From NCBI RefSeq assembly GCF_006345805.1, contig NC_043004.1:105586001-105650000 (forward strand): DNA of 64,000 nucleotides, read 5' to 3'. The translations under genes and the position numbers were made by a program. The DNA comes from Octopus sinensis. Taxonomy: Eukaryota. This document shows positions 1 to 14,034 of the stretch, piece by piece (position 1 is the stretch's first letter; each line of letters starts with the position of its first letter). Under the pieces are notes generated by a model, which was given only the letters and a program-made list of their open reading frames with translations, had not been told where the DNA came from and ran no database searches.

Positions 1-37
<37 letters not shown>

Positions 38-655
38 TACCTACACATATGTGTGTGTGTGTGTGTAAATATCATTTGATATTTAATATTCTGGCATCTT
101 GGTTGCAAATCTGGCTAAGAGGTTAAGGTTGTGGCTTATTATCATTCCGAGGGTAACCTACGCTTTTCTGTTAGCATAAAATGGGTATTTTGCTTCCTGA
201 TTTTTACATAAACAAGCACACATGTGTGTCTTTGTACTTTGACAACAACCTGAAATCATCAAACGCTTTATCAGTGATATAGATTTAACCTTTAATCGAT
301 CTGTAGCTTGTGGGATGTTCCTGGTTTCCTGAATAGCAACTTAAAACATACAAGCACAGCCACATATGCATGCACAAGTGCACACATACACATGCACACA
401 CACACACACACACACCTATACTGATACAGACATAAGTGCTTACACACCTCAGTAGTGTCGTATGCATTAATGCATGCATAAATATATAAACATCAATATT
501 GTATACACAAATGCAAGCACACTGAGAAACTTATAAGCATTGATAGATAAAAGTGTTTATAATGTTACAGAAACATTTTCTTACGTTATAAGTAAAAACT
601 CAACACAAATAAACAAATGCACCTATGTATATACCAAGATGTGCATATACATACA

Positions 656-691
<36 letters not shown>

Positions 692-821
692 TGTATGTAT
701 GTATGTATGTATGTATATCAATAATACAGTGATTGTTTCTTATCAGGAACAAAATGTTTAATAGGACTGCTATAGAAGTGCTCAATTGAATGAGACAAAT
801 ATATCAAACTAAAGTTATAGA

Positions 822-2909
822 ACAAACAAATGCAAGCTCATCCAATAACATTTCATAACTCGAACATTTATCATAGAATATACATTTAGACATCATGGAA
901 GATGGAATATAATTCATCTGTACAAGCATATAAGAAAGTGCGAGAAAAAATGTTTGAATATATGTGAATACAGTTCATCACGGTTAAAAGTTAATACTTT
1001 AGCAATTAAGAAAAATATATTTTTTAAAAAAACCCATTACAATACCTAGAAGGTAAAACGTAAAAATATAGTATAAAGTAATATATAAATATATAGGTAT
1101 ATAAAAATATATAAATATAGGAAGCAAATAAAAATAAAAATATATAATGTAAAATAAAATAAAGGTTCATCGTTTAGAAAATCTTATAAAATTACTTATC
1201 GAATAAGAGAGGCCTTATAGTTAAAAAAGAGGAAACCATATTTACTAAATTCCCTATGGCCATTTCAGGGGTATATTATTGTGTTTAAAGCACTAGGGTG
1301 CATCATGCTAATAACTCCTTCGTCAGGGAAAAAAATAGAGAGACAGACATCATCGCGTAGCAGGCTTAACACAATATTGTGTGTTTTCTTATTGAAGCAG
1401 TCATGCTCAGACGAGCCCAGAAGAAAGAATTAAAGCAGTAAAAAAATTTATTTTATATAAAGCAGTAGAAAAATAAAAATAAATGGGTGTATTAAATTAA
1501 ATTAAATTAAATTAAATTAAATTAAATTAAATTGAACCTCCGTGGTTTCAAACCCTATAAGAGCTAAACTATTTATTTTCTATGACTTATTTTATTTCTA
1601 TACACTTTTAAAAATGTAGAAGAAAATTTATGGATGCAAAAGGGGATCACATCAGTAAATTTATTCAAAATGTGCGGTCCATAACACCTAAGGATGGTAA
1701 GGGATTCCCTTATGCACAGCTTACACCTGTTAATATTTCCCTTGAAATTTTGGGTTTTAGAGATAATGGACCATTCTAGATAATAATTCTTATAATTTTC
1801 TTTAAATTGTGTATATGGGATGCAAGTGTAGTAGAATTATAGTATTTATCGATAGAAAATGAGCTCATATGTGATCCATATCTAGCCTTAAAATCTACTG
1901 TGCTACCTATATAAAATTTATTTAACCTATCCTCGTCCTTGACTACACATTTATATATAACGTTAGTAACTAGACAGGAACCATCTAAAGGACATAATTC
2001 GGGGTTTCTACAATTATATTTCTTTCCGGGGCCTTTCCTAGTTTTATTTCTATTGTTACCTTTACATTTTGTGTCTCCAGTTCTAGACAAGTTTCCCTCT
2101 TCCATTCCATCAAATATTCCCTTATTACATGGGTTCGATAGATCCGGTGAAGGCAGACTGTTTGTACCATTGACATTAGGTGTTACAAAATTATTATACG
2201 CAGTTCCTTGGTCATCCACAAAAGAACTTTTCCAGCTATTCCGCCCAGCAAGCTTGTTTCTATTGATTGATGCAATAATCGAAGCAAAGTTAGGCATTAC
2301 AGAGTAAGAGAACTTGATCGTTGACTTGTTGCAAATGCTATTGTATTTATGATTCTTTAGGAAGTTCTCCTTCAGAATTCTAAAAAACATTTTTGGTAAG
2401 TTCCTTACTCTAAAGGAGAAAGGCAGAGCGAACCAAACAACTTCCCTTATTCTGGGCCGTGAACCTCCCGTTTTATTTAACTCCTTGTCAAAATTATTAA
2501 TTTTCTTATACCTGTACCTATTGCGAGTATCCCTAAACACATTACTACCCAAGGGCCTCCTGTTATTGCAGTCCCCTGCATTTATTCATAGCATTTGTAA
2601 CGTGCTTAAATGGCAAACCAGCCATTTTGTTTTTGAGTCTAGTATTAAGGATATAAAATATTTTAGATTTGAAACCACTTAATCTTAGGGCATTATTATA
2701 CACCGGTGCATGCTGTTCAAATATCTTTTCATTCGCAGGTAAGTTAGATATTCTAGTTGGAATCGCCATAACGATACTGTTCATTGTGGATTTTGGGTGA
2801 TTGGATGATACATTAATATATGATATTGATTTATTAGGCTTACAAAAGGGATAATAGAGACTGGTATAAGAGTTATGAAATGTTATTGGATGACCTTGCA
2901 TTTGTTTGT
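822..2909 (-). mobile_element. 5'-truncated Penelope-like retroelement (RT thumb + GIY-YIG endonuclease) with 3' noncoding region and inverted 40-bp end segment
   Basis: Minus-strand translation gives [50 protein letters not shown] (thumb), then VVWFALPF...SYSVMPN, then CPLDGSCLVTNVIYKCVV...FYIGSTVDFKARYGSH. After a frameshift near 1797 it reads LEWSIISKTQNFKGNINRCKLCIRESLTIL...PFCIHKF, with a stop near 1597. Positions 822-861 and 2870-2909 are an inverted repeat (39/40 identical). Confidence 0.9.
1250..1331 (-). ncRNA. Type I hammerhead ribozyme with intact core, in the 3' region of the Penelope-like element
   Basis: Minus strand reads UUUCC-CUGACGA-AGGAGUUAUUA...UAAUAUACCCCU-GAAA-UGGCCA-U-A-GGGAA. 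All core residues are present. Stem I is 5 bp (one G-U), stem III is the palindrome AUGGCCAU, and the AUA cleavage triplet predicts a cut between 1255 and 1254. Confidence 0.8.
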
Positions 2910-3270
<361 letters not shown>

Positions 3271-3494
3271 TCATCATCGTTTAACGTCTGCTTTCCATGC
3301 TAGCATGGGTTGGACGGTTATATATATATACACACACATTTCTTTTATGTTCACAAGCATATAAATTAATACATGCATATATACCAAAATCCCCAGGTAC
3401 AAACATATATATATATATGGAGGCGCAATGGCCCAGTGGTTAGGGCAGCGGACTCGCAGTTGTAGGATTGCGGTTTCAATACTGTGGTGTGCAT

Positions 3495-3725
3495 GATGGT
3501 AGAACCATTCCACAAGCAGCTCAATTTCTCTCAGGCTCATGTGACTTTAGATGTTTGACAAACCCAGCTCTTGAGAAAAGGAATTCTCCACACACATTGC
3601 ACTTCAATACCTGGTGGGTTTCTGTAGGTTCTGCATTTGGGTCCCACTCATGGGGTCAACACTTCAGAGCAGTAAGCTTCATTTGCTTTTCCTCAAAGAC
3701 ATCATATCTCCTAACAAACGTGCGC
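3495..3725 (-). mobile_element. Degenerate LINE (probably RTE clade) C-terminal fragment with a C2H2 finger
   Basis: Minus frame reads FEEKQMKLTALKC*...LKCNVCGEFLFSRAGFVKHLKSH. C-x2-C-x12-H-x3-H lies at 3539-3601, with in-frame stops on both sides. Confidence 0.55.
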
Positions 3726-4909
3726 GCACGCACACACACGCACATGCACACATGCACACACACACACGCACATACATACACACACATGCACACACACATA
3801 CACACACATGCACACATGTATACATCAACACACACACATGTCCATGCATGCACATACATACACACACATGTATACACACATCAACTCACACACATGCATG
3901 CGTGCACATACACACACACATACACACACACATGTGCACACATGTATATATCAACACACACACACATCCATACATGTACATATGCACACACATATGCACA
4001 CATGTATACATCAACACACATACATATTCTCACACACACACACATACTAATACATATATTTACTGACATATGTGCATAAATACATATACACACATATACG
4101 CATATATTTATTAACAACATCAGATTCATCAGAAGAAAATAACTGAAAGATTCAAATCCCTCCACACCCCTACCATTCTTTGCTGTCCCCTCCCATGAGT
4201 TAATGATCCTGTAATGAAGCTTGTTTAACATTTCAAAGATGAATTACACTATATATTACTATCATCTCTGACTGCCCCCCCCCCCCACCAGCCCCACAAC
4301 CGCTCACCGACTTTGCCATCACAAGCTCTTCCACTACAACCACCTTAACCACACATCCCTACAATTACCATCACAACAACCACAACTGCCACTACTCCCC
4401 CTCCCCAACCCAGTCATCATCATTGACACCATTATTATTATTTCTACAGATGCAGCTTCTGAAGCTGTTGTTGTTGTTGTACAACTAGTTGTTGTTGTTT
4501 ATATTAAGCAGAAGTCAAAGTTAGTAAGAAATTTGTCTTTTGACTCAACAGGAGAAGGCATGATATTTTATCTCCCCCTTACTCCCTGCTTTCTCAAAAA
4601 TGAGATATGGTTGTGAATTCTAAGACCATGTATCTCCCCTACAGTAAGATACCTGTTTCTGTCTCTCTGTCTCACTCTAACCTTTCATCATCTGACACAA
4701 GATCACCTCTTCCAAATCCCCTTCCACTCTTAAAAGATCTTTGTCCTGCAAGTTATTTGGTGACCCTGCCAGTGCTTGGGTCACTAGAAAAGCATCCAAT
4801 CCACACTGTAAACTGACTGGCATTTGGAAGGGCATCCAGCAGTAAAAACCATGCCAAACTGACCTGGCCTGTACTTGTGCCACATAAAACGCACTTAGTC
4901 CATTTAATT

Positions 4910-5011
4910 TATTAATGTAATGTAAATTTAATAATAAATGTAACTTGAGTGAAGTAGTATATAAATGTGTGGTAACCCTAAATGTAGATAGTAGTGGTAG
5001 TGATAATGGTG

Positions 5012-5054
<43 letters not shown>

Positions 5055-5389
5055 AAATCAAAATGTGACTTACATTGGATCAACATCAAATAAAATTAAA
5101 CAAAAGGGTGGCTCAGCATTTGTACTCTTTTAAGAATAAAAAATTGATGAACTTGACAGGCTTAAGTAAATATATATGGGAAATAAAAACTAAAGATATA
5201 AAGTATAAATTAAAATGGGAAATAATATGTAAAACGAAATCATATAGAATAGGTAATGAATTCTGTCTTCTGTGTACTCACAAATTTATGGAAATATCAA
5301 AAGCTAAAATAAGACCAATCAACACCCAGGATGAATGAAAAATTAAATGTAAACATAAACTGAATTGCCTATTTAATAAGATGAGATAA
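4910..5389 (+). mobile_element. Penelope-like element fragment (GIY-YIG endonuclease)
   Basis: CKFNNKCNLSEVVYKCVV...TYIGSTSNKIKQ / RVAQHLYSFKNKK...GLSKYIWEIK...KWEII...FCLLC...KCKH. One frameshift and one internal stop; followed by a long AT-rich tail. Confidence 0.88.
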
Positions 5390-6218
5390 CGCTTGATTCT
5401 TTAGAAAATAAATAAAATCCTAATTTTAAATCAAATAAAATTTAATCATAATAATTATATATAATATATAATCATATTTTATTATTTAGTATAGCTAGAA
5501 TATAACTAATTATTTATATATAAATGTAAGATAATACTAAATTAACTTCTAATTTCAGATATTAAAAAATATTTTCTTAATAAAAATCTATAGTATAATA
5601 TTTGATGGTATTATTTGAAACTTTTAATCTTAATTTAGAAACTCAAGTTTAAGAATAATAGTATAATCAATATATATTAATTGTATTATAATTATGAAAA
5701 TAATAAAAAATTATATTTTTACTGATTTTTACTAATTTTACTGACTTTTACTTATTTCAAAATATTTTTAAATATTCTAAAATTATATGTTGAGTAATTT
5801 AGTTTACCTATTTACCAACCTAGAAATTTATTATTTATCAAAGTTAATATAAAAATAAATCAAATTAACCAGGAAAAAAATTAGACTATTCCCATCATAC
5901 ACTTCTGGTTTCTCTTGATTTATTATTATTATAAATAATAGAAAATACCTTTTAAGAACTTTTAAATGTTAATAAGAATTATCTCTCCTACAAAGTAGCT
6001 CTCAATGTTGGATTATACAATTGCTGGTAGCTATGTTTAATTCATGGAGAGAAAATTACCATTCGCATAAGTTAACATTTCTTTTTCCTACTTTTCAACA
6101 ATATCGAGGAATATGTTGTCATGAAATGCGTGTAGTCTAGATAATGTAAAGTATATGATTTGTAATAAGAATTGAAGGTATTAATTTTGATAATTTTAAT
6201 ATTTAGTCCTATATGTAT

Positions 6219-6221
<3 letters not shown>

Positions 6222-6265
<44 letters not shown>

Positions 6266-6770
6266 TTAGCATCCGCCTTCCATGCTAGCATGGGTTGGAC
6301 GGTTCAACTGGGGTCTGGGAAGCCAGAAGGCTGCACCAGGCCCAGTTTGATCTGGCAAAGTTTCTACAGCTGGATGCCCTTCCTATCGCCAACCACTCCA
6401 TGAGTGTAGTGGGTGCTTTTTATGTGCCACCTGCACAAGTGCCAGACGAGGCTGGCAAACGGCCATAATCGGATGGTGCTTTTTACGTGCCACCGGCACG
6501 AGGCCAGTTGGGGCGGCGCTGGCAACGGCCACGTTCGGATGGTTCTTTTACGTACCACCGGCACTGGTATCACAGCTGCAATTTCCATTGATGTTGATTG
6601 ATATATATATATATATATATATCCGTAAATATAAGAGAGTTAACGTTACATAGGTTAACTCTAGTGCTTCAGCCATGTTCGGATGGTTCGCTTACGTGCC
6701 ACCGGCACTGGTATCACAGCTACAATTTCCATTGATGTTGATCGATTTCAATTTCGATTTTTGCTTGAGG
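6222..6770 (-). mobile_element. 3' end (UTR plus (ATG)n tail) of the RTE LINE family, with an internal duplication
   Basis: 6525-6600 and 6670-6760 match the UTR next to the RTE ORF at 27108-27230. The (CAT)n run at 6220-6265 is the tail. Many shorter copies occur elsewhere, e.g. 3268, 28580, 35100, 39810, 42530, 55130, 62520. Confidence 0.75.
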
Positions 6771-8705
6771 GTGATTCTGTCTCTTAAACCTATCTATTTA
6801 TATGTATATAATACAGTGAGTAATTCATTTTAGTACCACTAAATTGAACTTCTCTCCCCTGTGGACTCGGAAATAACTTCCCTAATATTAATTATATATA
6901 TATATATTTGATATAAGTACTTGAAGACTGTTTTATAGACCTAGGAAAGATGAAAGATGAAGTCAATCTGAGCAGGATTTGAACTCAGACTGGTTACTGA
7001 CATGGGGATATGGTATCGAATTTTAGAGTGGATAAATTACCTCCAGTACAACTTGATTTGAACTTTACTTTATTTTACCTCAAAGGGATTAAAGGTAAAG
7101 TTGAATCCAACAGGATTTGAACTCAGGATATTAGGATACATAACTAAATATTGCAAAGTAAGTATTTATGTACCTTAATGATTTTGCCTCTTAATTCCTC
7201 TAATAATAATCACAACAGCAACAACAATAATCATTTCTAGTTCAGGTACATCACTAACAATTTTGAGGGGAGGGGCACAGTTGAATTCAGAATATCAAGA
7301 GCCAAAACAAATATCACACAGGTGATTTTCTTTTTCTTCCACTGCCCTAACCCTAACACTCTGGAGGAGTGGGTTTTAATTAAATCTACTTTATTTTATT
7401 GTTCCTGGAAGGATGAAAGGTAATGTTGGCTTTGGTAGCATTTGAACTCAGAACATAAAGAGCCATTTCAAATGCTGTAAGACATTTTTGTTTCATGCTC
7501 TGACAATTTTGTCAATCCAATAATATAATGCTATTACTAATATTATTAATATTAACAACAACAATAACAACAAAATTAACAAGTATCAATGTAATGTTAG
7601 TTGTTGTAGAGAGAATATTTCTGTCAAATATTTGGTTTGAGTATTTCCTTATTTATTTTTGAAAAAAAAAAATGATTGAAAGAATAAAAATGTATTTTTG
7701 AATAAAAAAAACATCAAAAGAAACCAACTAAGAAGCTATCATCAAACAAAAATTTTATGAAAAAATATTAAAATTTAAATATATATATATACACACACGT
7801 ATGTATGTATGTATGTATGTATGTATTTATTCTTGTTTTGATGTCTTGAAATTTTTGATATTTTTGAAAAAAGAAAATAGTGAGAAAAGAAAACAAGAAA
7901 GTGTAAAGCAAAAATAAAATAAGTTTAAAAAAAAACGGTTTCCAAAAGATTTGCTCTGAGATCCTCAATGTTAGTCACACATTTTTTCTTTTAATGCTAT
8001 GAGCCAGAGGTGAATAAGAAAGCTATGTCGTAAACAATTCTGTCTATTACCGACAATAAACCTTCAATTTCTTTCCAATTAAAGATTTATTCTGTGAAGT
8101 CTATTTATTCTGCACAAATTCTCAGCTTGAACTTAAGTATTTCTTTTTCCCCGTTTTTGCCTCTTTTATTTTATTATTTTATTTTCATTTGATATGTCGT
8201 ATTTCATTTTATTTCTAAGGCATTGAATTTACAGCAAATATTGATCATGTGTCAAATATTGAACATGTATTTGTCAATATTAAGGAATTTACGAACCAAA
8301 CTAGACAATTCTTGGTATAATAATCGAAGAAGATCAAGTTCTTAGCTTTCGATTAATTTTTCATTCAGTTTTTTTTTTTTAAATAATTTTCTTCACATCT
8401 GTTTTACTTGTTTTTCTTTCCTTTTATTTCCAAACTTGGATAATTTCCAAACTGCTGACGGCCCTGTATAATTATTACTGAAAAACATAAAGAATTGTCT
8501 TTCCTACCACTCAACTATGAGATGACAGTGGTGGTATGTTTCACCATCTTCATCATTCTTGCAGCCATATATTTTTTATCCATACTGGTATAGATTGGAC
8601 AGTTGTCATGATCTAAATCTGCAGTTCTTGACCATTTCTTTTACCTGAGGACCTCTTTGATTCCTACGTCACTTGGGTGGACCCTTGAAGCCATTCAATG
8701 TTTAA

Positions 8706-8916
8706 CTCTTTAGCATTTAAACTTGCCACATCTAGTCCAAATACTCAATCTGTTTTATGCTCAGATTTGGCCTTTCACACTTATCCTACAGGGTCATTTT
8801 GCAAATAAACAATCACATCATCAAAATCTCAAAGCTATGAAATAATTCACGATTAATTTAAAGTGATGTGAATATGTAAGCACTACATTTGACAGGGTAA
8901 TCTGAAAGCTAAAGGG
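8706..8916. mobile_element. piggyBac-type MITE
   Basis: TTAA at 8702-8705 and 8917-8920. Ends are CTCTTTAGC...GCTAAAGGG. Same family as 57181-57399, in opposite orientation. Confidence 0.75.
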
Positions 8917-10547
8917 TTAAAAAAATCCTATTATATTTTTATAATTAAATATTATTGATTTCAAATTTTGGCACAAGGCCAGTAATTTCAGGGGTGAGGT
9001 TAAGTCAATTACATTAGCTTCAGTAATCAACTGGTACTTATTTTATCGACCCTGAAAGGATAAAAGGTAAAGTCGACCTTGGGAAAATTTGAACTCAGAA
9101 TGTGAAAATGGATGAAACACCACAAAGCATTTCAATCAGTATGCTAACAATTTTGTCAACTCGCCACCTTAAATAATTAAATATTATTAGGAATTGTATA
9201 AAAAAAGGGTTGTTAATATAGTTTATGGATTGTAGATGCATAACCAATTTATTGCATGTAAATTCTAACAACAAAATCTTACATGACCCACTCCTACCAC
9301 TGGTTCTAACTTCTTTCCTGGTGTTACTGAAGCAAGCTACATAACAGCTCTTTCCTTTGGAGTTCACAACATAATGAATGCCTATGACTTGAACTCATAA
9401 ACTTGTACATTGGTTCAATTATTCAGCAGCTTAATCTCACCAGTTGAGCAACTCTGTTTTATCTCTTACTTGTTTCAGTCACTGGACTGTAGCCATGCTG
9501 GAGGCTTAGTGGTTGAACTAATGATCATAAGATTGTGGTTTCGATTCCTGAACCAAGCGACATGTCGTGTTCTTGAGCAAAACACTTCATTTCACGTTAT
9601 TCCGATCCACTCAGATGGTAAAAACAAGTAATCCTGTGCTGGAACAGCGTCCTGTCTATGTGGGGGTATTTATATGCCATGGAAACTGAAAAACCAGCCT
9701 TTATGAGTTGACATGACTCAGAAGGTAACTTTACTTTTTGTTTGATTGCCTTGAAGGATTTGATCATACAAATTGATTTTAGTACTTGTTTTTAAGTCTG
9801 GTGCATATTCTATCAGTCTTTTTTGCTGAATCACTAAGTTCCAGGTACATAAAAAAGCCAACACTGGTTGACAAGTGGTAGTGAAGAACAAACACTAAAA
9901 TGAAGATACACACATACATTCACATATGTATACACACACACACACACACATATTATGGGCTTCCACATAGTTTCTGTCAACCAAAATCTCTCACAAGGCA
10001 GAAAACTTAGCTGTAGCAGAAAACATCTACCCAAGGTGCTTCACAGTGGGTCTGAACTCAAAACCTCATGGTTGCAAAGTGGGCTCCTAAACCACACAGT
10101 CATGCTGAAAAATAAAGGTAAAAAGAAAAACCTAAATTATAATGAACTTATTGTATACAGTGCTCAGGTGCACTACAACTCATCAGAAAAAGTAACCAAA
10201 AGTGCATGAACAGTACATAGAATAATGTACAGGAAGTGGACAGTGGATGAGTTGTTTAAAAAAAGAAGAATGGGGTGGGGGAATCAGATGTACTTTTGGC
10301 AAATTTCAGGAAGCATGGAAGTTTCGAAAGATGTAGTGTCTCAACAGCTTTACTCCATGTTTCAGCAATTCTGAATGTAAAAAAAAAATTGTTTCCAAAA
10401 GTCATGGGTGCTGTGTTGTTTTTTGACTTTGTAAGCATGTCCATGAGAGGACACATGCTTACATTTCGAATGGAATTCAGAGTTTTTATAAATTGGAAAA
10501 ATGTAACACACAATTTGAAGAGTGGATTAGGCTGTGATACATATGTG

Positions 10548-10968
10548 CAGGGCCAGATTAAGACCCACAGAGGCCCTAAGCACTTAAAAGGTTTTGGTGA
10601 AATGTAAACAAAAATAATTCAAAATGCAAGCAATAATAAATCATTAAATGAATTTTTTTTTTCAGAAGAAACAAAATTCACAGATGGAAAATAATGTTTA
10701 TTTTTTTGTATGCTTCCATTTTATTTATATTTGAAAAATTTTCTCCTTTCCCTTTTTTAATTGCAAAGTGTTCAATGATCTCATTAAAATTAATTTTACA
10801 TAAAATTTCTGCTTCTATACTTGGTAGAGATAAGGCATTACGAATGTTATTTTAGCAAATTTAAAGTGATTTCTTTTGTGCCGTAAACTATTTTCATTTC
10901 TGTAGTGCCCCCGACCCTTGATGCCCTAAACATGTGCTTATTTTGCTTATTGGGTTAATCCAGCACTA
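10548..10968. mobile_element. hAT-type MITE
   Basis: Imperfect TIRs CAGGGCCAGATTAA / TTAATCCAGCACTA, flanked by an 8-bp TSD CATATGTG / CATATTTG (7/8 match). Confidence 0.75.
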
Positions 10969-13063
10969 CATATTTGGGATATCTACAGTTCATATACTTA
11001 ACTAAAACTGATATAGCCCATTTGGTTGTATGTAGGTACCACAGTCTCTGGTAGTTTGCCACTGTAAACAGCAGCAGTACTATGAATTTGATGACTGTTT
11101 CATTAACTCTGCATGGGAAAAGACACATGTGGAGGTTAGTGCTGATGTATCATTGTCATTAGAAGTCATCTACTCTCAGCTCTGTTAAGCCTTGAACCAC
11201 TACCTTGGTCTTTCTTATGATGTACCTCTGTCTAATCCTTTATACTATCTATGAACATAATTCTCAGTTTTTCTTATTTTTTTTTTTTTTTATTGTATTC
11301 TGTTATTGGTCACATTAAACCAATTTTGCTAATTAAGTGTTCAAAATATTTTGATTTGCTTTGAGATAGTGTTCTAAAAGCATTTTCTAACTCCTACACC
11401 AACATTTGGGAAGTTGCTGCTGCTGTTAACTCCAGGCCATCCAAAGGGGCAGAATCTATGTAAAGACATTTCTTTGACTGTATTGTTCTGAAGTTAGGAG
11501 TTTGCACCTGAAATACAAAGGTTTTTAAAACTTTCTGCGTTTATAAGATTTTCTGATCTCTCATTTCAGCATTTTCTAAGTTTTTGCTCTTCTTAATATA
11601 TCATCACCAGTTTTGTGGTTTGTCCACGATGTCCTTCAATGTCTTATATTTGATATTACGTTTATATTTTAGCTTCATATAATAGTAAAATGGGTTGAAG
11701 AACACTGCTCTAGTTTATGATACTCCAGACTGACTGTGACTCCTCAGTTTATAGTACTACTGACTTCGACTTCTTAGCTTATGGCACTGCCAACTGACTC
11801 CTCTAGTTCAATGCTCTACAACCGGTATGCTGCAGCACATTGGTGTACCACAAGACAATGCTACATGTGTCACAGTGTAAACTGAAAACAATGTTTTTCT
11901 CTATACTTTTAGTTATATTTTTAGCTCAGGTGTGCTGCCAAATTTTGAAATAAGTGTAAGTGTACCAAAAATGGAAAAATATTGCAGAACACTCATCTGG
12001 AACTACATTGCTTTTGGTTTTTCTTTAAAACATTTCCAATTTTTGTAACATTAGGTTAATTTGCTTGCGAAAAACAAAACTTTGTTTTATATAGATGTTA
12101 TTAACATTTAGCTATAATATTCACCTGGTCAGAGTTCAGTATTTAGGAGATGCAGAAAACATTGAAAATTCAGCTGGGGAAAATATATATGAAAAGTCCT
12201 TGTATAGTTTATATAATTGAGAAAAAAAAGTATGTACAATGTTAGAAAATGTGTATATGAGAAAGAAGAGGTGAGAATGAGAGAGAATCAAGAGCTGTCT
12301 TGAAGCATGCTTGCTGGAATTGTCAGCCAGATGAGGTTGTCAAACTCTAAATGTGGGAGCAGTAAACTAGACTTAATATAAATTCACTGTCTCCAAAATA
12401 GGCTCCAATGAGCTCCTATTTTTAATATATTTGATTGGTTAATTTACATCAATTCCAACCAAGTGAATCTCATACTTGGAGCACTTGTATCTATGTCTGT
12501 CATTTTCTTACATCCCACAATCACATCCTAACTACTTTTATAAAGGGCATGGAATTTACAACAGCATTTCAGCCCGTTCAATATTGTTAACATTTGTGGT
12601 GTCAGCAGCATAGGTGGTGCAGATGGCATTGACATCATCATCATTATAATTATCTAATGTCAATTTTCCATGTTGATATGGAATGGATGGCATGACAAGA
12701 TCTGGTGAATCACAGGGCAGTGTTAATCTCCAATGTCAGCTTCAGCATGGTTTCTATAGATCAAGGGGTCTCAACCATTTTCTCTATATGGACCCCTTTG
12801 ATTACTATTTTATTCTGGTGGACTCCCACAACCATTTGATGTTTAAAAACTTGTTTTATAGATACTTCATTCAAAATTCCTATTTTGATTTTCACACATT
12901 AGGTAAAATGTTTGCAAAGAAACCTAACTGTGTCTTGCAATACACACAAATACATAGAATTGAAGCAAAGGATGAAAGGCAGAATGCAGAAAGCTACAAG
13001 GATTACTATTAATACAAAGCACTCTATCTGATGTTCTAACTACTCTCTACCAATCAACTGCCT

Positions 13064-13095
<32 letters not shown>

Positions 13096-13142
13096 ATAAG
13101 ATGATGTTGATATATATATACACACACATATATATACATATG

Positions 13143-13184
<42 letters not shown>

Positions 13185-13190
<6 letters not shown>

Positions 13191-13894
13191 GGCGGCAATT
13201 TTAATTGTAACGGTAGAAATATTGTTGTAACGATAAAGATTTGTTGTTATAACGGTAAACTGTAGGATGTTAAGTTGTGAAGGCTAGACAATGCATAATG
13301 TTTTAAGGAAATGTTTTATTTACCGTTACGTTACAAATACCTTGCCTCGACGGGCAGGTTGTGATAAATCCAAAAGCATGCGAAAGAAAAGTTAAATGTG
13401 GGAGAATATTTTGTGCTTGTTTGGTGTACAGAAATTGTTAGTAGTAATTTCAGAGAGAGATAGAAAGATGTTGTAAGAGAACAGTATTAGAGCTAGAGTG
13501 AAGTGTTGGGTGTTGTCTGACAGTAAACTTCATTCCTCCTCTGACCAAGGTTGGTCAGCCAGACCTCGTTGAGCTGTCACCCGTTGGTGACTAACTGATT
13601 TTTGCTTGGGATGTGCTTGCTTATATTAAGATCCAGAAGGATAGATATATCATTGAGAACATTAGATTTAGTTGGTGGTCTTGTTATCTATTCTAGCTTT
13701 TGGTGAAGTAGAAGAGGTTAGAAAGGGTCAAGTAGTGAAGACATTATTTTAGCCAACCTAAAAGGCATCTGGAAAATGTAAAAACTGCTGTCAGAGAAAA
13801 AACCATTGTTCCATCGTGGTAAAAGTTCTGTAGCAGGGCTAATTTAAATTTGGCTGTGGTGGGTCAAATCTGCTTCATGCATGCAAGATTCGCT

Positions 13895-13897
<3 letters not shown>
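13185..13897 (-). mobile_element. Solo LTR, copy 1 (Ty3/Gypsy- or BEL-like)
   Basis: Termini are TGTA...TACA and the length is about 713 bp. On the minus strand a TATA-like TAATATAAG (~13625) precedes AATAAA (~13318). Inserted within microsatellites. Confidence 0.6.
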
Positions 13898-13946
<49 letters not shown>

Positions 13947-13993
13947 ATAAGATGATGTTGATATATATATACACACACATATATATACATATG

Positions 13994-14031
<38 letters not shown>

Positions 14032-14034
<3 letters not shown>

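Noticed and set aside
3539-3601. C2H2 finger as part of the cephalopod-expanded zinc-finger gene family
   Set aside because: It is a single finger with no TGEKP linker and flanking in-frame stops; the context fits a LINE C-terminus.
8220-8314. Possible exon GIEFTANIDHVSNIEHVFVNIKEFTNQTRQFL (+)
   Set aside because: AAG acceptor, weak donor (GTATAA) and no recognisable domain; cannot be supported without RNA-seq.
11036-11133. Possible exon VPQSLVVCHCKQQQYYEFDDCFINSAWEKTHVE (+)
   Set aside because: The splice signals are plausible but there is no recognisable homology, and chance matches are expected in 64 kb.
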